This document shows positions 29,001 through 38,200 of a stretch of DNA of 64,000 nt, in pieces. Where the stretch lies: the IMG/VR virus record IMGVR_UViG_3300024549_000205, positions 11,802-75,801 of that record, one strand, 5' to 3'. The notes beneath the pieces were generated by a model. That model worked only from the letters and a program-made list of their open reading frames with translations. It searched no databases and was not told the DNA's origin. Position numbers and translations under genes: made by a program. Every line of letters begins with the position of its first letter. The stretch's first letter is position 1. The DNA is from a virus. Its lineage: Duplodnaviria > Caudoviricetes.

Positions 29001-29319
29001 CTCCAGGAGAAGCATATCCAGATTTATCATCTGCTAACGTAGAAGCATTAATTGTAGACAAATCACTAAACATTCCAGCATTTACACCAGGAGATTGCAT
29101 TTGTCCTTGTATAACATTTTGCATATTAGGAATATTCTGAGCTCCTTGCATTCCTTGCAAATAAGAACTCATGCCTGACATCACTGCTCCTTGTTGTGCT
29201 TTCTTTACCATTTTCTTAGCTTCTGGATGAGCTTTGAAGAATGCTGCTTCAGTTGGATATTTTTTGTAAAATGCTTTATCAGATTTTACACCTGCTAGTT
29301 TTAAGAATTCTGCTTTCAT
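26017..29319 (-). CDS. Putative virion cargo protein (Gly/Met-rich segment, repeated xxGG motifs, PG-binding-like motif)
   Basis: GGAIGGAAGMAIGGPAG stretch, GQSH...VEVERGE motif, FQRAFN...EDGAFGEQT; synteny after the muzzle gene. Confidence 0.6.
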   Translation of the reverse strand: MKAEFLKLAGVKSDKAFYKKYPTEAAFFKAHPEAKKMVKKAQQGAVMSGMSSYLQGMQGAQNIPNMQNVIQGQMQSPGVNAGMFSDLSTINASTLADDKSGYASPGGPNTNVEKMNNIGNQVAKYAGPAGELISGYQNLRAGRRAKKEAQKWANVTDVQARAAESTDVDDLRQYTENARKKANAMMPEMTGEEFFPIYGVGTNVLARNGVRLQEGGMVGGNPTEIQNTYEGGNDIYSDLEYEPLYNVNQVKSYRMGGYLPKAAGGAEMFDPSSMMSSMGGGGTPWGAIGGMGSSLAGNMTGNDGGGQIGGAIGGAAGMAIGGPAGQAIGQTVGTLAGGLLDTNDRDQRKAEARTKNNMDRIMASQFKDSVHSQYGSYMRNGGYMNPEYNPQVITMFGDVNDQDFADFAHKDEFRAGGHLKAYREPSERAMQTYNMGGELQTHWGGYAEPMSHNPYMPGSGETVVFRGQSHTDSDGKGNTGIGITYGENPVEVERGEPMFEMQSGGNINPETGEPENTGVVFGNMQINKKVAGELNDPELMKIANMYHGKKFKNVGIDLSKQEVKQNKIISKNTDILNSFKVETSIDKAKLAGLQANIEGAKFNLKNIANTKITLANFQNSINDAKEEMSENFGQNISAEDLAKGYIKLDKDPVTMNAKWGGDIFKKAQNGDKGKTFKSEREAAAAGYRKGDDGKYYRTIKKYSTKDEETKSADALGYVPAGQKQSALGTWGKVTPQQFEEAKKANAWYPGWSTFDPKNKIDVLNFQRAFNARAKSMGSTAKIDEDGAFGEQTVTARIDESKKTEPIVTEEQLTANVEEPEYTPMEEEKVQFPWGLINQGLRFLTPTDQQGLSPNQLMGEMYAMSSNQLEPVQATPYTPQLRVPYDISLQDQLNEITADQRSAQRMMGYNPAAQSNLAAQTYGAKSKVLADQFRMNQAMKDQVYSGNINTLNDAELKNLAIYDQQYQRQEQAKSNTKATSQAALNSVSDKYAKNALENRKLSIYENMYPNFRFGQDGRAQNYGLHFFDTTIGGGSKSSSRGGLAEGKEFTYDRYGNIVGVRAGSKDSREEDVEEIESIGKNGKSIKKDGKNSSILKAFKNL

Positions 29320-29323
29320 AATA

Positions 29324-32300
29324 TTATTGGTATTTGTCCATCCAGCCTCCTGGTTGTTTTGTATTATAGTTTGTAAAATTAGTTAATTGGTTTAACTTAA
29401 CCAACTGATTTCCATCTTTTGCTTTGGTGATGGTTCCTCCATTTTCTTTTTTACCCATAAACCAATCATAAGATTTATCTAAGAAAGGTCTATCTTCACG
29501 TTGTTGTTGTATACTATCTTCTTTCCTTTCATACTCTTTTCTTTCTTCCTTTGTCATTTTTTTTATCATTTCATCCTGAAACTTTTTATATTGTATTTCA
29601 CTACGAGACTGAAGCTCACTATGTCCTAAACCTATCCCAACTAATGTAGAAGCACCAGTACCAATAAGTCCAGCAGTCTTCATATTTTCTGCAAGTTTAT
29701 TTAAATGAACTTTTCTATCAAACAAATCTCTTCTCATCTGAGCAATCTGATCTGATTCCTTATTTATCTTTTCTCTGAATTGATTAAGTTTTTCTATCTC
29801 TTCCTTGTATTTTTTATTATAAGCTTTATCTGATAAAGCTTCTATATCCTCAGATATTTTTCTTCTTTGTTTACTTAATTCATCAAGACGCAATTTAGCT
29901 CGGTCTATACCACCTTCCACATATCCTTTAATAGCGTTAAACTGTTTTGGTAAAAGCTCTAAGTCACGAGAGATAGTTGGTTGGGCACTTGTTGCATATG
30001 CAGCTGCATCAGCTCTTTGTCTAAAAGATTTTAATGCATTTTTTGAATCTGATAATTGATATTGCATAGCATCTATAGCTTCATCAAAATCTCTAAGTGT
30101 AGATGCATATGTAGAATTACCATATCGACTATCTTTCTTTACTATAGTTCTATTAGTTCTTTTTCCAAATTCATATAAAGCTTTTTTACCTTCATCACTG
30201 TATGGTAGGTTTTCAATTAATTGTGATGTATTTTCACTTCCTCCAGCTAAGTGTCTCTGTTGATCATTGAACTTCATTTCATTGATGATATCAGACAATA
30301 TAGTTCTTTCTTCTTGACTAAAAAGTTTTTCTCCAGATGTTTGATGTTCAATAGAATTAATATATGACATTGGATCTGATGTATTCAAATCCATACCAAG
30401 CTGTTTCATAGAAATAATATTACCATCTCCATGGAAAGGATGTCCAAGCATTACATGATTTTGTCCTATACCATTAACAGCTCCACCACCAGCACCAGGA
30501 TAATATTCTTTAATAGCTGCTTCTATTTTATTAATCTTTCCTGGATCTACTTGTCTAGCTAATATAGAGTTGTTCATATAGTAGTCATTTATAGCAAGTT
30601 GCATTCTTTCTGCATCAGCTGCTACTAATGATTTATTACCAATGAAATCAATCTTATTTAATATCTCAGCATTTTTTTCAGCATTAGATAACTGTTCTAA
30701 TGGAAACTGATGTCCAATAGATCCTTTACTGCCTACTAAAGATTTAACAAACTGTTGCTGTCCCTCTGCTACAACATTTGGTTTACCATAATTAATTAAA
30801 GCGTCTATCTTATTTATATGTTTATCCTTAGAAGATTCATAAGCATCAACAACTGATTTAGTAGTAGGATTAGTCATATCTACTAGTTCTTGTGATGAGT
30901 AAGGAATTTTTATTTCAGACTTAGATTTTATTGCTTTCTTAGCTGCTGCATAATATTCATCTGGAGATACTTGTTTAAATAATTCTATAGCTCTTGTACC
31001 TATAGCTTTACCACCTTTTTCTTGAATAACATTTATATCAATTGGTTCAACTCCTTTGGCTGCTCCAGGAATATTATGAAGTTCAGCAAATCCATTATTC
31101 CCTACTGAAGGATTAGCTTTAGCAAATTTATCATATTGTGTCTGACTCATAAGAACATCATAATCACCAACTATATGAGGAACTTCTGCTTCAGCAACAT
31201 TCTTAGCACTACCAAACACTTTAGCTCCAGGAATTTGAGTTTCTACAAAATCAATATTCTTTTTAACAGTGGCACTATATTCTGGACTAGCTTGAGGAAG
31301 AGTTGCGTTATCTATAGTTTTTATAACTTTATCTCCTTCTAACGTATGAATAATTCTTTCACCAGGAACAGATGTAGATATAGGAAACTTTTCTCCTGTT
31401 GATAAATCCATGATATCTGTACTACCTGTTCTTAATCCTAAAGATGTATTTTTTCCACTTTGAACAAGACCATCATCATTCACTTTAAACTGTTCTGCAA
31501 CATTTATTCTTTTGTTAAGTTTATCTATCTTATCGTTCATTTGGTTAATTTCAGAAAGAGATGCTCTATTTTTTATATTACTAAGCTTGTTTTCTATTGC
31601 GTATCTCTTTTGACGAAGTGCAAGGCTTTCATTTGAAAAATCTGAGTATTCTTTACTTTGATAAAGAGCAGATTCAGCATCATTAATAGCATCAATTTTA
31701 GGTTGTATAGTTTTTTGCTCACCTGATATTACAGCACTCATATCCTTAGCTAGAGTTCTAGCTTTATCAAGACGAGGTGCAGCAAACTGACTAGTTTTAA
31801 CTAAAGCTTGTTGCATTCCTTTTTGTAAAGGATTTTTTAAAATTGACATTCCCATTAATGTTTCTGGATCTGTTAAAGCATCAACAGCAAAAGCTGCATA
31901 TGGATTTTCTACTCCCCATGTCTCAGAAGGAATTCTTTGAGTAGAAGGGTCCAATGCGTTCAACATATTAAAATCATTTCCTCTAAGAGCTTCCACTCCT
32001 TCTACTAACGCAGATTGAGGAGCTTGTAATCCTGCAAGAGGAAGATCTCTCATCCATCCATATGCAAAATCAGCAGCTTTATCAGCATTGAATCCTACAT
32101 TATCTTGAGCTTTACTTCTTATTTGTCTACCTATTGGAGAATCACTATTAAAGTGTTCTTTCTCTTCATCTGATAGTTCTTGATAAAAAGGATATTGGTT
32201 ATCATAAGGAGTGACAACCACTTCATTAAATGGATTGAAAGAAATACTTTCATCATCATTTTGTACACCTATTCTTCCTTCATCATATAGTTTAGCATAT

Positions 32301-34360
32301 TCAGAAGAATCTGTTAATATCTTTCTTTTTTTTCCTTCTCCTTCATCTACTGTAATTTCTACACCTTCTTGTGCTATGGGATATTCTGTCACCTTAGTGC
32401 CACTAAGTTTATATTTACCACCTGGCATCATAAGTTTGACATCTCCTGTATCTGATACAGCAAGTATGTTTTGAGTTATAGGTTTTCCTGTTTTTGGATC
32501 TGGTCCCATGTCTATATATGAACCTTTTTTACTTTGATCTATTTCTGTTATCTCTCCTGGATGAGCCCATTGTCCTCTATCATCTTTAATAACTTTTCCA
32601 CTCTTAGCACTAGCCATTGTTTTCTTTGCATAAGGACCATTGCTTGGAGCAGGATTGTTTGTACGTGCATATGAGAAACCTACAGCTCCTGGAATAGAAC
32701 CACCCATTTGATATTCAGGAATAAGTTCAGTATCATAAACCGTTTCAGCACCAAGTGTTCCTAATAGAGCTCTGTTTGCTAATAAGTTTTGATTACTCAT
32801 ACCTTTAACTTTAATAAAAGGTTCTATATAATCTACTCTAGGAACATTCATTTGCATAGACAAAGATGCATTACTAGGTAAATTAGCTTGTGGACTAAGT
32901 GGATATAAAGGTTGTCCTGGTTGTAAATATTTTGAATTTCTTCTAAATGTTTGAGAACCTAATCCAAAAGGTAATGCTAAACTAGCAGCATTTATTGCAG
33001 CAGAAACATAATCTTCTTCAGACAAAGCATCATATGTTTGATAAGCATCTATTAAACCTCCAGCAACGTTTCCTATTTTTCCTATTGCTTGAGCATATGG
33101 ATTAGGAGCAAAGTTACCTAATTGCATTACATCTGTTGTAACATCAAGAGGTTTTAATATTTTCTTTTTTGCTTCAGCTTGTTTTTGTTTATTTTCAATA
33201 ACTACCTGAGTTCCACTTCTAGGTTTACCTCCTTGAACAATTTCAGGTTGTTGTTTAGATTGATGAGGTTTGTAAACTCCTTTATCATCTTTGATTACAA
33301 CTTCACCTTTTGAATTTACATGAACGTTGGTTCCAGGAAGTTTTTTAATTATATTTTTTGTAGAAGGAGCTAGTCTATCTTTTTTTACAGCAGTAGACTC
33401 TGTTACTGTTTTTCCTCCTTGTGCTTCAGGAACATAATTAACTGGATATACAGATCCACCCATTTGATATTGAGGTGTAAACTTTGGATTATTTGGATTA
33501 AATGGTAGAAAATCATTAGTATTCCAAATACGTCCATACCAAGTATCATTATAATCACTACTAGGAACTCCAGGAGTAGGATTGTTTATATTTTTATAAT
33601 ACCAATCTCTTCCTTTATTCATTAAAAGTCTTCTCTTATTTTCAGAAAGTTTTCCTATTGTACTGGCATACTCTTGATCAAATGAATATGCTGGATTTTT
33701 TCTACCTGCCCATTTACCTTCTTTATCCAATTTAGATGGATCATATTGTCTGTAGTATTCTTGTAACGCAAATGCTCTAGGATCTTTAGTTATTTTATTA
33801 TTAACTTTATCCCACCCAGCATTGAAAATAAAATCCATTGCCTCACTCATTTCCATTGCACTTGCTTTAGGCAATATCTTTTTTACTTCAGGATGTATGT
33901 TATTCATTAACATATCCTTATATTGAGGATCACTATAGTATGGCAATGGTGTGCCACCAGGACCACCTCTTAACTGTTCATATCGTAATATTTTATCAGC
34001 TTGATGTGCAACACTATCTCTAGAAGTCAGAGCTTTTGGTTTTTTTTTACCATTTTGAGCAATAGGAATAAGTCCACCATCTTCAAACTGCCCTCCCCAT
34101 GCAGGAGAATAATCTCTACCTTTGGTATTATATCCTTCACCTACATATCCTTCTGGTAAAGAAACAGAATTATCATTATAGTTCTCTTGGTGTTCTTGCA
34201 TAGATCCACCATCAGCATATGATTCTAACCAACCACCATTTTTCATGTTGTTAGAATTATCTCTACCACACTCATGACATACATACATGTCTTTCTTACT
34301 AGAATCAGATTTGTTCCAGCTCCATCCGCATGTACATTTTACTTTACTACTACTACTCAT
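29324..34360 (-). CDS. Modular cargo/effector protein: Zn ribbon + muramidase-like + membrane-like + Pol-beta nucleotidyltransferase-like modules
   Basis: CTCG..CHECG N-terminus; ILRYE...MDFIFNAG; VFGSAKN...GDYDVL...IDINV; modules separated by xxGG motifs. Confidence 0.55.
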   Translation of the reverse strand: MSSSSKVKCTCGWSWNKSDSSKKDMYVCHECGRDNSNNMKNGGWLESYADGGSMQEHQENYNDNSVSLPEGYVGEGYNTKGRDYSPAWGGQFEDGGLIPIAQNGKKKPKALTSRDSVAHQADKILRYEQLRGGPGGTPLPYYSDPQYKDMLMNNIHPEVKKILPKASAMEMSEAMDFIFNAGWDKVNNKITKDPRAFALQEYYRQYDPSKLDKEGKWAGRKNPAYSFDQEYASTIGKLSENKRRLLMNKGRDWYYKNINNPTPGVPSSDYNDTWYGRIWNTNDFLPFNPNNPKFTPQYQMGGSVYPVNYVPEAQGGKTVTESTAVKKDRLAPSTKNIIKKLPGTNVHVNSKGEVVIKDDKGVYKPHQSKQQPEIVQGGKPRSGTQVVIENKQKQAEAKKKILKPLDVTTDVMQLGNFAPNPYAQAIGKIGNVAGGLIDAYQTYDALSEEDYVSAAINAASLALPFGLGSQTFRRNSKYLQPGQPLYPLSPQANLPSNASLSMQMNVPRVDYIEPFIKVKGMSNQNLLANRALLGTLGAETVYDTELIPEYQMGGSIPGAVGFSYARTNNPAPSNGPYAKKTMASAKSGKVIKDDRGQWAHPGEITEIDQSKKGSYIDMGPDPKTGKPITQNILAVSDTGDVKLMMPGGKYKLSGTKVTEYPIAQEGVEITVDEGEGKKRKILTDSSEYAKLYDEGRIGVQNDDESISFNPFNEVVVTPYDNQYPFYQELSDEEKEHFNSDSPIGRQIRSKAQDNVGFNADKAADFAYGWMRDLPLAGLQAPQSALVEGVEALRGNDFNMLNALDPSTQRIPSETWGVENPYAAFAVDALTDPETLMGMSILKNPLQKGMQQALVKTSQFAAPRLDKARTLAKDMSAVISGEQKTIQPKIDAINDAESALYQSKEYSDFSNESLALRQKRYAIENKLSNIKNRASLSEINQMNDKIDKLNKRINVAEQFKVNDDGLVQSGKNTSLGLRTGSTDIMDLSTGEKFPISTSVPGERIIHTLEGDKVIKTIDNATLPQASPEYSATVKKNIDFVETQIPGAKVFGSAKNVAEAEVPHIVGDYDVLMSQTQYDKFAKANPSVGNNGFAELHNIPGAAKGVEPIDINVIQEKGGKAIGTRAIELFKQVSPDEYYAAAKKAIKSKSEIKIPYSSQELVDMTNPTTKSVVDAYESSKDKHINKIDALINYGKPNVVAEGQQQFVKSLVGSKGSIGHQFPLEQLSNAEKNAEILNKIDFIGNKSLVAADAERMQLAINDYYMNNSILARQVDPGKINKIEAAIKEYYPGAGGGAVNGIGQNHVMLGHPFHGDGNIISMKQLGMDLNTSDPMSYINSIEHQTSGEKLFSQEERTILSDIINEMKFNDQQRHLAGGSENTSQLIENLPYSDEGKKALYEFGKRTNRTIVKKDSRYGNSTYASTLRDFDEAIDAMQYQLSDSKNALKSFRQRADAAAYATSAQPTISRDLELLPKQFNAIKGYVEGGIDRAKLRLDELSKQRRKISEDIEALSDKAYNKKYKEEIEKLNQFREKINKESDQIAQMRRDLFDRKVHLNKLAENMKTAGLIGTGASTLVGIGLGHSELQSRSEIQYKKFQDEMIKKMTKEERKEYERKEDSIQQQREDRPFLDKSYDWFMGKKENGGTITKAKDGNQLVKLNQLTNFTNYNTKQPGGWMDKYQ
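32700..33471. repeat. 16-nt exact direct repeat ccacccatttgatatt (32700-32715 and 33456-33471) encoding YQMGG, 252 codons apart
   Basis: Read directly from the sequence. Confidence 0.8.
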
Positions 34361-35226
34361 TATTTATAAGATATTTGTGCAGGTGTTAATATAAATTGAG
34401 ACACCAAATGTACTGTTGATGAGTTATCAAGAATGTGTCTCACTTTCAATTCTTTTGCTCTTAATGTTGCTTTCTTAAAGCTTCTCAATCCATAATCCAT
34501 GTTCTCTTGATTCACTTCTTTATCTATTGACATAGACTCACATGATGATCTAAACAATGGAACCTGAGAACTCTTCTCTAAAGCCCAGAATGTATTATAC
34601 TGATAGAAGTTATCACTCTTTGTATAAGTGATTGTTTTACTGTCTGTATTGTATATTGGATATTGTCCATATGCTTGTAAGTTATGAAGTGGTTTTGCAA
34701 CAAGATTTAATATTCCAGAACTCTGTTGTCCATTATATAGAATAGCTTTATTAAACCATTTGTCGTTTGTTTCAATTTTTAAATTACTATCATATGCTTC
34801 ATATGGATTTCTTATGTATTCATACGCTTTTGTATAGTCTTTAACGTTCTGTAATATCTCATCTTGGAATTGATAAGCAAATGGATATTCTATTACGTAT
34901 GGTTTTATACTTCCATAAAAATAATTATAGACTTGCGTGTTGGTTAAATGTTTCCACAAACAAGCAGTTTTAGTTTGCTTATATCCACTCTTAGAATATT
35001 CTAAATAAGGAATTTCTCTTAATGGAAAGGTTTTTTCAAACCCACATTCTCCATTTGATACCAGTCTTATATTTGTCACTTCATTATCTACTAGATATGT
35101 CCTACCTCTAATTAACTGTTTTCTACTTACATTTTCATCTAGTAGATTATTATAATTATCGTAAACACTGAAAGGTCCTGTATTAGGACCTGTCTGTGTT
35201 ATCTTTATTGTAATTTCTCTTTTCAT
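34360..35226 (-). CDS. C-terminal part of the split muzzle/tail stabilization protein with an added N-terminal 'GPF' domain (start probably 35226, MKREITIK)
   Basis: LWKH...YNYFYG..KPYVIE and the terminal LRAKELKVRHILDN resemble the C-terminal part of crAss-like muzzle proteins; TAATG overlap with the upstream stop. Confidence 0.65.
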   Translation of the reverse strand: MKREITIKITQTGPNTGPFSVYDNYNNLLDENVSRKQLIRGRTYLVDNEVTNIRLVSNGECGFEKTFPLREIPYLEYSKSGYKQTKTACLWKHLTNTQVYNYFYGSIKPYVIEYPFAYQFQDEILQNVKDYTKAYEYIRNPYEAYDSNLKIETNDKWFNKAILYNGQQSSGILNLVAKPLHNLQAYGQYPIYNTDSKTITYTKSDNFYQYNTFWALEKSSQVPLFRSSCESMSIDKEVNQENMDYGLRSFKKATLRAKELKVRHILDNSSTVHLVSQFILTPAQISYK

Positions 35227-38200
35227 TATATAGTAGTGGTTGTTGTTGTGGTTGGACAATCTATAACTTCTGTACAAGGATCTCCACAAGCTTGAATAAA
35301 TATATATCCATCTCCTACAGTTTCAAATGATATAGATTCGTATTGTGCACATAACGTTACAAATGTATCTGAATATTCATCATAATGAGTGACATTTGAT
35401 CCATCTGTCCAGATTAAAGTTACGCTACCATAAATAGTTACGTTATAACAATATGTATCAGGAACAAATGTTGTAGTGGTAGTTGTTGTACCACAATTAT
35501 AAATTCCTACAATCACTCCTGATTCTACTTGATAAACAGTTGTATAAAAAGCACTTTCATCTGTATAATAGAATCCATCAGGAACTAATGTACAATCTGT
35601 AGAAAATGCATCAAGATAAACAATTTGTCCTATTTGTAATTCATTATATGCTACAGATATTGTTTCTATTTCTATGTAAGACCAATCTTCATTTGTATTT
35701 AAATACTCTATTCCTGAACAAGCATCTTCTAAACTTCCTGTTGTATCTATTATATTTGTATCACAACTTTCAGAATATCCTGTTATAAATAAATCATCAC
35801 TAGAAAGATTACCTCTTTGACATATTGTAGTGGTAGTTGCAGGAGGAACAGTTATTATAGCATCTCCTTCAATGTTACAAGATGTTTCTATAATTGTTCC
35901 TTCTAATTCACAATCTAATGCTAATGTACTAGTTGTTGTTGTAGTTGGTAAAGGTATAGGTGCAGAACTTGTAGTGGAAGTTGTTGTTGGTATAGTTCTA
36001 TCTATCTCTCCTACTAAAGCTGTAAATGTAGCTTCTCCATTTACAGAATCACAACATCCATTAAGTCCTGTATAAAAGAAATTATTTTCTGCTATATAAA
36101 AATTAGGAACATAGCTATGGAAGGAAACCCAAGATTTCGTATTAAAATTAAATGATATCGTAAATGATCTGTTACAAAAAAATTCAGCATCATCTAAATA
36201 AACTACATCTCTAAAAACAACATTATTAATTATGTTTTCAACATAAAATTCTTTATTAACTTCGTCATATTTAATATCTTCATCTAAAGGAACATAATCT
36301 AATTTTGTAATTATCACTCTATCAAACTTAGCATCAAACACTCCATGTAAACCTATTCCATTAAAATGGTTATCAGTGTCTACTTTTGGAAAATATTTTA
36401 ATATTTTAAATGGTAAATTATCTGTCATAAATCTATTTACACCAGAACCAAATGCTGTCATATCTATAGCTTGTGTTCCTTGTATAAGAAATATTTGTCC
36501 ACGTTTAGCATCAATGGTTATTTGTCCTTGAGGAATCTTTAATAAAAACTTATTCTGACTTCCTACATATCCAAGATCTGTTTCAGCAAAATCAATAGGA
36601 GGATTCTCAAACATTCTAGGATTACCTACATATGCTGCTTGTGGATTACTTGTATCAATTGTTAATAAACTATTATATAATAATGATTTATTTTCAAACC
36701 TAGCAAGGATTGCTCTGTTTTGAATACCATCTAATGATATAAGATTTCCATAGTTTTGTGGAAAATCATAAAAAGAAAGAGCTCTGTATATTAACCAGTT
36801 GTTCACTTTATTATCTGCATCTGTAAATTGTTTTTCAGAATAAATAGTTCTAAAAGGATAATACGTAGAACAGATTGCATTCCAATCAATAGGAAGATTT
36901 GTAAATGAATTTTCTTTATTTTGTTTTGAGAAAGTTACATTATAATAATATGTATTGTCTTGCTCAATAGGAACAAATGATTGTTGCACCCATGAATCAG
37001 GAATACTTGTAGATACATGTGGCCAGAAATCACCTTCTCTGTTATTGAATGCTTGTCTAAGATCTAAATTATAAGAACTCTCACAATAGAAGTTAGGAAC
37101 ACCATATGCAAACATATAAAAATATCCATCATAATAAGTTAACTCACTAGGTGAATTAACACTAGTGTATTGTGTTGTATCATTAGGACAATCAAAATTA
37201 TTAGCTTTATATGAAATAAAGTTTACTAATTGTTTGTTTGCAGCTGTTGCATTACGTAATACACTTCTTGCAGAGTGCCAGTATTTTGGATAGGCAATGT
37301 TTCCAATTGCATCATAGAATACATCTGAATCATCAGGAGCATTCACTCTATTTTGTAAAAAGAAAGGAAGTTTTGTTTTAAATGCAAATTTACCAATGAA
37401 TGTATCTCCTCCAAACACAGTGGATTCTGTAGGAGTAAATTGTGAAAATATCACTTGAAACCCTGTATCTACTTTCTCATATGAATATATTTGACCCCAT
37501 TGTCCAGGAACAATATTTTTAATTGATCCATAGTATGAAACAACATTAATGTCTTGTTCTCTTTGTGGAGTGGCACAAGCATTAGTTCCTCCAATTGTAA
37601 ATCTAGAATTATCTTCAATTAAAGAATTTCCTAAATATAATAATGAATCTGTTTTACTAGGAAAAGGAAGACTTTCATCTGTTTTTAAATAGACAGAAGT
37701 TTCTCTATTATAATTATTAATATTATTATCATCACCAACGTTTTGTAATCCAGGAATTAAATATCTTTTTATATCAAGATTTCTTTGTTTGATTCCTAAA
37801 TTATTATATACAGGAGAATGATAACTGTAACTAGCTATAGAATTAAATGAGTATGCATAGTTTTTTCTAGTTATACCATTAATATAAATTGTTAAATAAG
37901 CTTGATAAGCTGCAAACAATGCAACAATATCTCCTCCAGCAATATTTGAAGAACTTTCTAATGCAACTCGTTGTGCTTCTTCACTTAATAATCTATACTT
38001 AGCATTGTCTCTCACTTCAACAAAGTGAGCTCTACCACCACCATACATTACATTCTCAAGCTTTAATACATCACCTAAGAACGGTTGTCCAAAAGATGTT
38101 TCTGGAGAATTAAATATTTGTCTGTTTGTAAGAGATTCTGATAATGGAGCTAGAGGTTCTTCTTCTTTACAACCTGGATCTCTTATTTCTTCATTTTTTC

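Noticed and set aside
35227-35289. Upstream start (MWRSLYRS...NHNNNH) for the 309-aa ORF
   Set aside because: It is an off-frame read of the poly-Thr tail of the previous gene; the TAATG-coupled ATG at 35226 is more plausible.
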